Positions 7,736 to 14,566 of a DNA stretch of 14,566 nucleotides are shown here, in pieces. The notes beneath the pieces are model-generated. The model was not told where the DNA came from. It saw only the letters and a program-made list of their open reading frames with translations, and searched no databases. This DNA comes from Chlamydiia bacterium. Its GTDB lineage: Bacteria > Chlamydiota > Chlamydiia > Chlamydiales > JBMOFD01. Both the position numbers and the translations under genes were made by a program. The stretch covers positions 1 through 14,566 of the forward strand of contig JBMOFD010000048.1 in NCBI GenBank assembly GCA_049314435.1, given 5' to 3'. Numbering within the stretch: position 1 is the stretch's first letter; the number at the start of each line of letters is the position of its first letter.

Positions 7736-9659
7736 CTTCGGCGCCTTGATCCGACTCGCTGCGCGTCCCTTCAGGACGTGGGCTTCGACGATCAAAAGAG
7801 CCGCCCTCTGAACGACCACCGAACGGAGGACGTGATCCACCTGGACGGAAACCGCCGCCCTCACGGGAGAAGCCTCCGCGCTCAGGACGCTGTCCGCCAC
7901 CAAACGCTGGGCGTTCTGGGCGAGGACCACCCCAATTGCCGCCTTCGCGGAACGGAGGACGATCATTGTTGAACGGGCGGTCTCCGCGAGGAGGGCCTCG
8001 GTCGTAGGAAGGACGATCTCCACGAGGGGGGCCGCGATCCTGGAAGGGACGGTCACCACGAGGAGGTCCACGGTCCTGGTAAGGACGAGGAGCGAATCCG
8101 CCTTCACGAGGAGGGCCGCGATCCTGGAAAGGACGGTCTCCACGAGGAGGGCCTCGGTCGTCAAAGCGACGTGGGGCAAATCCTTCACGTGGGGGACCGC
8201 GATCCTGGAAAGGACGGTCACCGCGAGGAGGTCCACGATCCTGATAAGGACGAGGAGCGAATCCGCCTTCACGAGGAGGGCCGCGATCCTGGAAGGGACG
8301 GTCTCCACGAGGGGGGCCTCGGTCATAGGAAGGACGGTCTCCGCGAGGAGGGCCTCGGTCGTAGGAAGGACGATCTCCACGTGGAGGTCCACGATCCTGG
8401 TAAGGACGAGGAGCGTATCCTTCACGAGGACCATCAAAGGAGCGGCGCTCTCTTGGGGGACCACGATCTTCACCTGGGGCTCCGCCAAAACCTTGACGAG
8501 GCGCGCGATCATCGGACCGACCTGGAGCACGATCCCCGAATGAGGGACGTGGACCGCGATCGTCGAAGGAGCGAGGACGGCTAGCGCCTGGAGGACCACG
8601 ACGGTCGCCAAAGCTTCCACGGTTCTCTCTATAAGGGCGATCTTCTCTTCCCTCAGCGCGTGGAGCGCGTGCTGGTCGCTCTTCTGTCGCTTCTCTCTCT
8701 TTAGCAGGAGCAGGTGTGCCTTCTTGGGGCATCTCGACCTCTTCCCAGTCAATGGCAGGCGCTGCAGCCATCTCACAGACGGGTGTCATCTCTACGCTGT
8801 CTTCTTCTTGTGTGTGTTCTTGGATGTTTTCATCCATGTGGCTCTCCTCGTGAGCTTCGCGAGACTCGCTGCGCAGCCGGGCTCGTTGGCCAGGGCTGAG
8901 CTTCATACGATCTCGAATCAAGGTTCTTTTTCTTGGTTTGGCTCGCCCAGCTATGGCTGCTGCGAGCAATTCGCGCCTCTCCGTCTGTGTGAGATCGCGA
9001 TAGGCGCCTTCGGGCATCTCGCCCAATACAAGTGAACCAAGCCGAATCCTCTGAAGACTCTGCAAGGTTAGTCCAGCATACTCTGCTAAAATACGGACCT
9101 CGTGCTTGCGGCCTTCTGCCACAGAGATGCGCACGGTACCTCGACGTACCTTACGTACGTTCAACGGTTTTACAAATACATCATCGACGATGCAGCCTTC
9201 ACGAAGGCGTTCTAACCTCTCCTCATCGAGCTCCTCCGACACCTTCAACAAATATTCTTTTGAAATACCGCTGGAGGGATGGATGATCTGATGGGCAAAC
9301 TGCCCATCATTGGTCACGATGATGAGTCCCGTGGTGTCTCTATCTAGACGGCCCACGGTGAAGAGCCTCAAATGGGTCTTCGGAAACAGGTCCAACACAA
9401 TACGACCATTCTTCGGTCGCTCATTGGTACAGATGAACCCAGCTGGTTTGTTCAACAGATAGTAGACCTTGCGGGTCTCGACGGTGGCCACCCGGCCATC
9501 GACCTTCACACGGTCGACTTCCGGATCCACGGGATGCTGGGGGATGAGCACAACAGTGCCGTTGACCTCCACCCGTCCCGCCCGAATGATATCTTCACAG
9601 GCGCGTCGGGAGGCCAGCCCTGTGGCCGCCAAAACTTTACTCAATCGATTAGTGGGCAT
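7698..9659 (-). CDS. rluB: rRNA pseudouridine synthase (RsuA/RluB family) with a ~420-aa low-complexity C-terminal extension
   Basis: S4 domain [30 protein letters not shown], then YYLLNKPAG, catalytic [24 protein letters not shown] and LQRIRLG. ATG 9659 is preferred over TTG 9668. The exact paralogue (rluB/rluF/rsuA) is uncertain. Confidence 0.9.
   Translation of the reverse strand: MPTNRLSKVLAATGLASRRACEDIIRAGRVEVNGTVVLIPQHPVDPEVDRVKVDGRVATVETRKVYYLLNKPAGFICTNERPKNGRIVLDLFPKTHLRLFTVGRLDRDTTGLIIVTNDGQFAHQIIHPSSGISKEYLLKVSEELDEERLERLREGCIVDDVFVKPLNVRKVRRGTVRISVAEGRKHEVRILAEYAGLTLQSLQRIRLGSLVLGEMPEGAYRDLTQTERRELLAAAIAGRAKPRKRTLIRDRMKLSPGQRARLRSESREAHEESHMDENIQEHTQEEDSVEMTPVCEMAAAPAIDWEEVEMPQEGTPAPAKEREATEERPARAPRAEGREDRPYRENRGSFGDRRGPPGASRPRSFDDRGPRPSFGDRAPGRSDDRAPRQGFGGAPGEDRGPPRERRSFDGPREGYAPRPYQDRGPPRGDRPSYDRGPPRGDRPSYDRGPPRGDRPFQDRGPPREGGFAPRPYQDRGPPRGDRPFQDRGPPREGFAPRRFDDRGPPRGDRPFQDRGPPREGGFAPRPYQDRGPPRGDRPFQDRGPPRGDRPSYDRGPPRGDRPFNNDRPPFREGGNWGGPRPERPAFGGGQRPERGGFSREGGGFRPGGSRPPFGGRSEGGSFDRRSPRPEGTRSESDQGAEGQPRPRFWQPEE
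7975..8470 (-). repeat. Coding tandem repeat: 12 DRGPPR units with 12-16 aa period (GDRPSY / GDRPFQ / [10 protein letters not shown] linkers)
   Basis: Counted from the translation. DNA units of 36-48 nt differ mostly at synonymous positions (e.g. GATCGTGGACCTCCA, GACCGAGGCCCTCCT, GATCGCGGCCCTCCT). Confidence 0.93.
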
Positions 9660-9736
9660 ACAATACAAGGTTCTGAGAACTACCCTTAAGAGGTTACACT
9701 CAGTTGCTATTTGGGACCTAAAACAAACAGATTTCT

Positions 9737-10417
9737 ATGAGTCGATTGATCCTCCTGCGTCACGGCCAGTCCATGTGGAATCAACTCAATTTGTTCTGTG
9801 GTTGGGTGGATGTCCCATTGAGCGCGGTAGGGATCCGCGAAGCACAAGCGGCCGGGGCCCTCATTAGCCACTACCCCATTGATTGGATCTTCACGGGAGA
9901 ACTGGAAAGGGCCGTTGAAACGGCCATGATCGCCATGGCCTCTCATCCGAGCGGCCGGGTGCCGGTCCTCCTTCACGAAGGGGAGGGGATCTTAGATGAG
10001 TGGAGCGCTCCATGTGAGACGATCCGATCTCAAATTATTCCTGTTCGCCGAGCCAGAGCGCTGAATGAGCGGATGTATGGATCCCTGCAGGGAATGAATA
10101 AGGATGAGGCGCGGGCGCAGTTTGGAGCGGACCAGGTTCACCAGTGGCGACGCTCCTATGACCAGGCTCCTCCCGGAGGGGAGTCGCTGGCTGACACGGC
10201 AGCTCGTACTCTTCCCTATTTCAACAAAGAGATCCTCCCCCTTGTGAAGAAGGGCGAGCAGGTCCTGGTCTGTGCTCATGGGAACAGCCTCCGCTCCATC
10301 ATCATGGAGATCGAGGGGATGAGCCACGAGGAGATTCTGCACTTTGAGCTGGAGACGGGCATCCCTCGAGTCTACCGCTGGGAGATGGGCCAGCTCATCT
10401 TGGAGCCGAGCTCGTGA
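9737..10417 (+). CDS. gpmA: 2,3-bisphosphoglycerate-dependent phosphoglycerate mutase
   Basis: LILLRHGQSMWN...FCGWVDVPLS, LNERMYGSLQGMNK, QWRRSYD..PPGGESL and AHGNSLR motifs. Confidence 0.97.
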   Translation: MSRLILLRHGQSMWNQLNLFCGWVDVPLSAVGIREAQAAGALISHYPIDWIFTGELERAVETAMIAMASHPSGRVPVLLHEGEGILDEWSAPCETIRSQIIPVRRARALNERMYGSLQGMNKDEARAQFGADQVHQWRRSYDQAPPGGESLADTAARTLPYFNKEILPLVKKGEQVLVCAHGNSLRSIIMEIEGMSHEEILHFELETGIPRVYRWEMGQLILEPSS

Positions 10418-12156
10418 TCCATGCCGACTCTCTGCAGCAGGCGCTGCGCACCCCTAAGGCGGCAGCTGCTCTGCATGAGGGGTTGCTGCGTCTTACGCGG
10501 GAGCCATGGATAGCCTCCTCTTTAGAGGCTACCGCTCGCCACCGCCTTCGGATGCGCCTTGGCCTCCCCGCCGAGCTCCAGGTCGCCGTGTTCCCTTCCG
10601 CCCAGGAAGCTCGTCTGGCTGTAATCAACTTATTTAAAAAACAGGGAAGCCAGGTTGAGCTCCTTCCTGGTCTTTCCCCTAGGTGGGCAGAGGCTGTTGA
10701 GTTCTGCGGGGGATCCTGTTGCAGCTCCGCGGATCGCCGAGGTTTCTCCATTGGCTCCCTCATCCATCATGATACCGGAGCCGTACAGCCCCTGCCTGAA
10801 GCCACGGACTCCAGCAAGCCCCTGATCTTGGATGCAACCCTCCATACTCTCTTTCTCGGGGCCTCTTGGGAGACAGTGCCATGCGGGGGAGTCTTCCTCT
10901 CACTGGAACCGCTGCTAGGTCGTGGGGCGCCCGCTCTCTGGATTGCTCCGGCAGAATTTGCCCTCCCCTCCTTCTGTGCCGCTTCGGCCACGGCGGCAGC
11001 GATGGCGCTGGAAGAGTGGGAAGGGTCCCGAGAGAGCGATGGGTTTGAGGCCTCTCGGTACCGAGCCCGTGTCGAAGAGCTGTTGCGCGAGGAATGCCGT
11101 GGCGTGGTCCTTTCCGAAGCCTCAGAGCGACTGCCAGGCGGTAGTGCCATCTTCCTCCCGGGACGCTCGGCTCCTTGGATACGTTGCCTCCTCCACGCCA
11201 AAGGGGTCTGGTGCCGGCTGCCAGAGGCGCTGCCCCAATTGCGACTAGGAACTCAGACTCTCGTCCTCCAAGGTGGCGCGGAGAGCTGGAAGGGGATTGC
11301 GGAACATCTCAAAGAGTGGGTCGACATCCTCCGTCGAGCACCACGCCTGACCGAAGGACTAACCAGCTGGCCTCTGCTGCCCATGCCGCTCGATCCCCAT
11401 GCTGAACGCCCCAAGGTACAATCCAGAGCGACTCGGCCTCTCTACACGGGAGTCCTGCGACCTGACCATGCGATCGAGGGACTGCGCTGGGTCGCAGTGG
11501 ATGGCCATGAGATCGGGATCGAGACCCGGCTAGCGCTGCTGGTCGACGAGGAGGATGGCATCATTGTGGATGCTGCCTATCAGGCCTTCGGACCACCCAC
11601 ACTGATTGCCCTTGGGGAGATTCTTTGTGAGCTCCTGATTAGGCAGCATTGGCTCCTTGCCGAACGCATGCCGGCAGCCGATTTGGAACAACCTCTATTA
11701 GGGGAAGAGCCTCTTCAGGGAGAGGCCCGAGCCTGGTCAAAGCACTGGCTTCAGCTCTTGGGGCAATTATGTGCCCGGTGCCACGATCTCCCCGGTCTTT
11801 CTACCCCCTTGTCAACACCTATCGAAGTAGGGCATCTTGAACCTGGGAAGCCCTTAGAGGGCTGGGAGGAGATGCCCATGGAACGTAAGATCCAGATCCT
11901 CAATCAGGTGCTTGATCAGGACGTACGACCCTATATCGCACTGGATGCGGGGGGCATTGTCATTCAGGAGTTCAACGAGCCGATCCTAAAGGTTCGCTAC
12001 TCAGGCACTTGTGTGAGCTGCCCGAGCAGCATCGGGTCAACGCTGCAAGCCATTCAGCAAACTCTTCGAGCAAAGGTGCATCCTGACCTCGTGGTCGTCC
12101 CAGATTTTTCCTCTGTGGATCCATCAGGAACGCCACCGACTCATGCACCCGTTTAA
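10414..12156 (+). CDS. Fusion of a degenerate NifS/IscS-like (class V aminotransferase fold) domain with a NifU-like protein (IscU-like N domain plus C-terminal Nfu CxxC domain)
   Basis: N half: HHDTGAVQPL (cf. NNETGxxQP), LILDAT (cf. HxDAxQ), ERLPG, LHAKGV. C half: LLVDEEDGIIVDAAYQAFG (IscU-like) and VLDQDVRPYIALDAGGI...VRYSGTCVSCPSSIGSTL (Nfu). The GTG start overlaps the gpmA stop (GTGA). Confidence 0.82.
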   Translation: MIHADSLQQALRTPKAAAALHEGLLRLTREPWIASSLEATARHRLRMRLGLPAELQVAVFPSAQEARLAVINLFKKQGSQVELLPGLSPRWAEAVEFCGGSCCSSADRRGFSIGSLIHHDTGAVQPLPEATDSSKPLILDATLHTLFLGASWETVPCGGVFLSLEPLLGRGAPALWIAPAEFALPSFCAASATAAAMALEEWEGSRESDGFEASRYRARVEELLREECRGVVLSEASERLPGGSAIFLPGRSAPWIRCLLHAKGVWCRLPEALPQLRLGTQTLVLQGGAESWKGIAEHLKEWVDILRRAPRLTEGLTSWPLLPMPLDPHAERPKVQSRATRPLYTGVLRPDHAIEGLRWVAVDGHEIGIETRLALLVDEEDGIIVDAAYQAFGPPTLIALGEILCELLIRQHWLLAERMPAADLEQPLLGEEPLQGEARAWSKHWLQLLGQLCARCHDLPGLSTPLSTPIEVGHLEPGKPLEGWEEMPMERKIQILNQVLDQDVRPYIALDAGGIVIQEFNEPILKVRYSGTCVSCPSSIGSTLQAIQQTLRAKVHPDLVVVPDFSSVDPSGTPPTHAPV

Positions 12157-13285
12157 CTTCTCGGCTTGGCGTAACCTAGACTGGAGACTCCTCCTCACGC
12201 TCTTTGGCTTCATGGTCATCAGCCTGGCAGTCGTGAGTTCCACCACGCAGCAGTATCTAGAGGGTGAGGAGACCTTCTGGACGCCCTTCGTCATCCGGCA
12301 GCTGGAGGGCTACTGTGTGGGCTGGGTCGCCTTCTTCTTTGCGGCCGCCTTCGACTATCAGCGCCTTCGTGAGTGGGCTTGGCCTCTTTACCTCTTTGTC
12401 CTCCTGCTCCTGGTTGGGCTCTTTTTTGTGGACCCGATCCAGAACGTGCATCGCTGGTACCGTTTGCCCTTCATCGGAGGTACCTTCCAGCCCTCGGAGT
12501 GGGCTAAGCTCACCATCATCATGATTCTGGCCTGGTTCATGGAGCGGCATGCTGACACTCTGCGGCAGGGCCGCACCATTGCTCGTGCACTGATCCTTGT
12601 TGGGATCCCCTTCCTGCTGATCCTAAGGCAGCCAGACCTGGGAGCGGCCCTGGTGCTCTGTCCCATCACTCTCATGCTCTTCTACCTAGGCGGTGTGCGG
12701 CGGAGTGTGGTGAAGGCCATGACCTGGATGGGCCTCATCGCCTTAGCCTGCTCCTCTCTCGTTTTTCTGGAGATCATCCCCCATGAGACGCTGCGGCCCT
12801 ATGCCACACTTGTGATGAAGGACTACCAGTTCGAGCGGCTCGACCCCAACACCTACCACCAGAGATCCGCTACGACCGCGATCGCTCTCGGTGGGCTCAC
12901 CGGATCTGGATGGGGACGCAGTGAGTTCACGGGTCGTGGCTGGCTACCTGCCGCCCACACCGACTCGGTCTTCTCTGCCTTTGCGGAGGAGTTTGGTCTT
13001 GTGGGGATCCTACTCTTGATCTCGCTCTGCTATGCCCTGGTCAGTCTGGGGCTCCAGGTCACAGCGCTGGCCCGCGATGACTTTGGGAGGCTCCTGGCCG
13101 GCGGGATCACTGTGTATCTAGCGATGTCGATGTTCATCAACATAGGCATGATGGCGGGCTGTTTACCCATTACCGGCGTGACATTGATTCTAGTGTCCTA
13201 TGGAGGCAGCTCGGTGCTCAGCACGATGGTCGCCCTGGGCCTGCTTCAGTCGATCTACACACGACGCTTCTTCCTGCGAGCCTAG
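12143..13285 (+). CDS. rodA: SEDS-family peptidoglycan glycosyltransferase RodA
   Basis: Multi-TM protein with HRWYRLP, FQPSEWAK, ILRQPDLG, YHQ..ATTAIALGGLTGSG, LPAAHTDSVFSAFAEEFG and LPITGVTLILVSYGGSS. Overlaps the upstream gene by 14 nt. RodA is favoured over FtsW by the lack of dcw context. Confidence 0.9.
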   Translation: MHPFNFSAWRNLDWRLLLTLFGFMVISLAVVSSTTQQYLEGEETFWTPFVIRQLEGYCVGWVAFFFAAAFDYQRLREWAWPLYLFVLLLLVGLFFVDPIQNVHRWYRLPFIGGTFQPSEWAKLTIIMILAWFMERHADTLRQGRTIARALILVGIPFLLILRQPDLGAALVLCPITLMLFYLGGVRRSVVKAMTWMGLIALACSSLVFLEIIPHETLRPYATLVMKDYQFERLDPNTYHQRSATTAIALGGLTGSGWGRSEFTGRGWLPAAHTDSVFSAFAEEFGLVGILLLISLCYALVSLGLQVTALARDDFGRLLAGGITVYLAMSMFINIGMMAGCLPITGVTLILVSYGGSSVLSTMVALGLLQSIYTRRFFLRA

Positions 13286-13785
13286 TTCGCGTTGGTGATG
13301 AGGTAGCCGATGAAGCTGTCCCAATCGCGCGCTTTGGCATATTGCACGAGGGGGTCGGGCGGGAGATCGAAGAACTGTGCAAAGCGCCTTATGTCGTTGA
13401 AGAACGACTGGCAGTGGATCTCTCGCTCAGCTCTAGGTGCGAAATTGCGGACAAACCCATTCCACTTGAAATAGCTAGCTCGAATCTTGCGCATCGAATG
13501 ATGGAGGGGAGGTTCACTGAAGATGTAGGCCAGGAACTGCAGGATGCCGATCTCTCGGATCGATTCCCCTAAGTTCTCTAAATGGCGGCTCTGGAATCCA
13601 AGGAAGAGGGTAGCGCTCTTGTCGATGGTGGTGATGATCTCATCGATCACACGCTCGTGATGGGGCTGGATCGTGACGTAGAAGGAGCCATCACCGTAGT
13701 GACAGCACTCATCCTGCGGCGGCTGAGCCATAGCAGTGAAGGGCACCATCCAGAAGAGAACCCACGTCCATGCCCTACGACCCAT
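13282..13785 (-). CDS. Exported hypothetical protein (~167 aa), resembling a conserved chlamydial hypothetical family
   Basis: ATG 13785 follows GAGGA and begins a signal peptide (MGRRAWTWVLFWMVPFTAMA/QPP). Body: IITTIDK...HLENLGESI...LQFLAYIFS...IRASYFKWNGF. Its TAG overlaps the rodA TAG in the palindrome CTAG. The track start is 13869. Family resemblance is from memory only. Confidence 0.72.
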   Translation of the reverse strand: MGRRAWTWVLFWMVPFTAMAQPPQDECCHYGDGSFYVTIQPHHERVIDEIITTIDKSATLFLGFQSRHLENLGESIREIGILQFLAYIFSEPPLHHSMRKIRASYFKWNGFVRNFAPRAEREIHCQSFFNDIRRFAQFFDLPPDPLVQYAKARDWDSFIGYLITNAN

Positions 13786-13983
13786 CTGATCCTCACGACT
13801 CCGCCGTCTGAGACAAGGACATCCCCACGCCCCACGCCCCCATTGGACGCGTCCCTCGACGAAGGTCATCCTATGAATAGAGAAAATAATTGGCTATCTC
13901 AGAGAAGAAGTGCTCGGCACGGCGAGCCCGAGGCGACAGAGTTTCCGATCCTCCGCCGATAAATGGCACCCCAACCACATCCC

Positions 13984-14566
13984 TCAGAGAATGACGCAGC
14001 ATTTCTTCTTAGCCGTGAACACGTGATGTTGGTCAGGCGTAGTCAATCGCTCGGCTGCGAGCAATGTGGCCTTCATCTTCCTGCCCTCTTCGCCGAGAGA
14101 GCCGTAGGAAGCCTGTGATCCGCTGGAACTTGGACCTGAACCGTGCAGCGGCTTGTCTTCGTGACTAAGGATACGGATCCCCAATTGCTCCTTCAGGGCT
14201 CTCTCAAAAAACGTACGCGCCCAGATCACATCTTGATCGCTGTCGTTCGCGGTACCGAGAATGCTCTTCTTCAGAGTCGGCCCGGCAGTTCGCCCAGCCT
14301 CACCAAGCACGTGCGGATACTCAGTGAGCACCCTGGCAATGACATGCAGAACTCCAATAGAGAGCTGTTTGCCCAACTTCTCTGCGGCCGAATCAGGAAT
14401 ACAGTCGTTCACCTCATTAATGAACGATCTAATGTTCTTGCTCTTCACCAGGTTTTTTAAAGCCTCGTGCGTCTGCTCAGCCAATACCTCAGGCTGAGGC
14501 CTTATGCGCGCATAGGTGCTCTTGATGCGGCCTATTCCCTCTTGTGCCCGATCCGCCTTGATCAGG
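13984..14566 (-). CDS. Hypothetical protein (5' end outside the window) with a C-terminal polybasic-Cys-CaaX motif; candidate secreted effector
   Basis: The frame stays open from the track's TTG (14484) to the window edge (...LIKADRAQEGIGRIKSTYARIRPQPEVLAEQTH...). Ends ...HVFTAKKKCCVIL-TGA. Confidence 0.75.
   Translation of the reverse strand, partial: LIKADRAQEGIGRIKSTYARIRPQPEVLAEQTHEALKNLVKSKNIRSFINEVNDCIPDSAAEKLGKQLSIGVLHVIARVLTEYPHVLGEAGRTAGPTLKKSILGTANDSDQDVIWARTFFERALKEQLGIRILSHEDKPLHGSGPSSSGSQASYGSLGEEGRKMKATLLAAERLTTPDQHHVFTAKKKCCVIL

Noticed and set aside
7975..8470. Possible CRISPR array or non-coding repeat array
   Set aside because: No invariant repeat with unique spacers; unit lengths are multiples of 3 and vary at wobble positions; no cas genes.
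7685..8776. 363-aa alternative-frame ORF overlapping the rluB tail
   Set aside because: Frame-shifted shadow of a GC-rich, stop-poor repeat. Repeat units vary synonymously in the RluB frame and non-synonymously in this one.
9660..9736. Specific promoter boxes or operator in the rluB / gpmA divergent gap (e.g. the GTTCTGAGAAC palindrome)
   Set aside because: Promoters probably lie here, but consensus matches are weak and the palindrome is short enough to be chance.
364..14497. Many short antisense or alternate-frame ORFs in the track (e.g. 364-594, 963-1481, 4099-4518, 5333-5782, 9372-9689, 10767-11201, 13582-13962)
   Set aside because: They overlap well-supported genes, show no recognisable motifs and look like shadow ORFs.

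Overview
Bacterial chromosomal window, most likely from a Chlamydiota member with unusually high GC (about 57-62% in hand-counted sample lines). The assignment rests on a ~716-aa long-form GreA and a rluB / gpmA / nifS-like / nifU-like / rodA cluster that I recall from Chlamydia (not checked by search). Gene order: rdgB (partial, -), greA (-), YjbH-family outer-envelope protein (+), AAA ATPase/DUF4143 (-), HigA-like antitoxin and HigB/RelE-like toxin (-), rluB with a ~420-aa repetitive tail (-), gpmA, a NifS-like/NifU fusion and rodA (+, overlapping, probably one operon), an exported hypothetical protein (-), and the 3' part of a gene ending in KKKCCVIL (-). Highlights: (1) the TA pair sits between two diverged direct repeats, 963 bp apart, each made of the last codons of rluB plus its terminator, with no integrase in the window; (2) the last protein ends in a Rho/Ras-like polybasic-Cys-CaaX prenylation signal, making it a candidate host-lipidated effector; (3) a catalytically degenerate NifS domain is fused to an IscU/Nfu module; (4) RluB carries 12 DRGPPR repeats with a possible internal start. 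All calls come from reading the sequence and motif recall; no searches were run.
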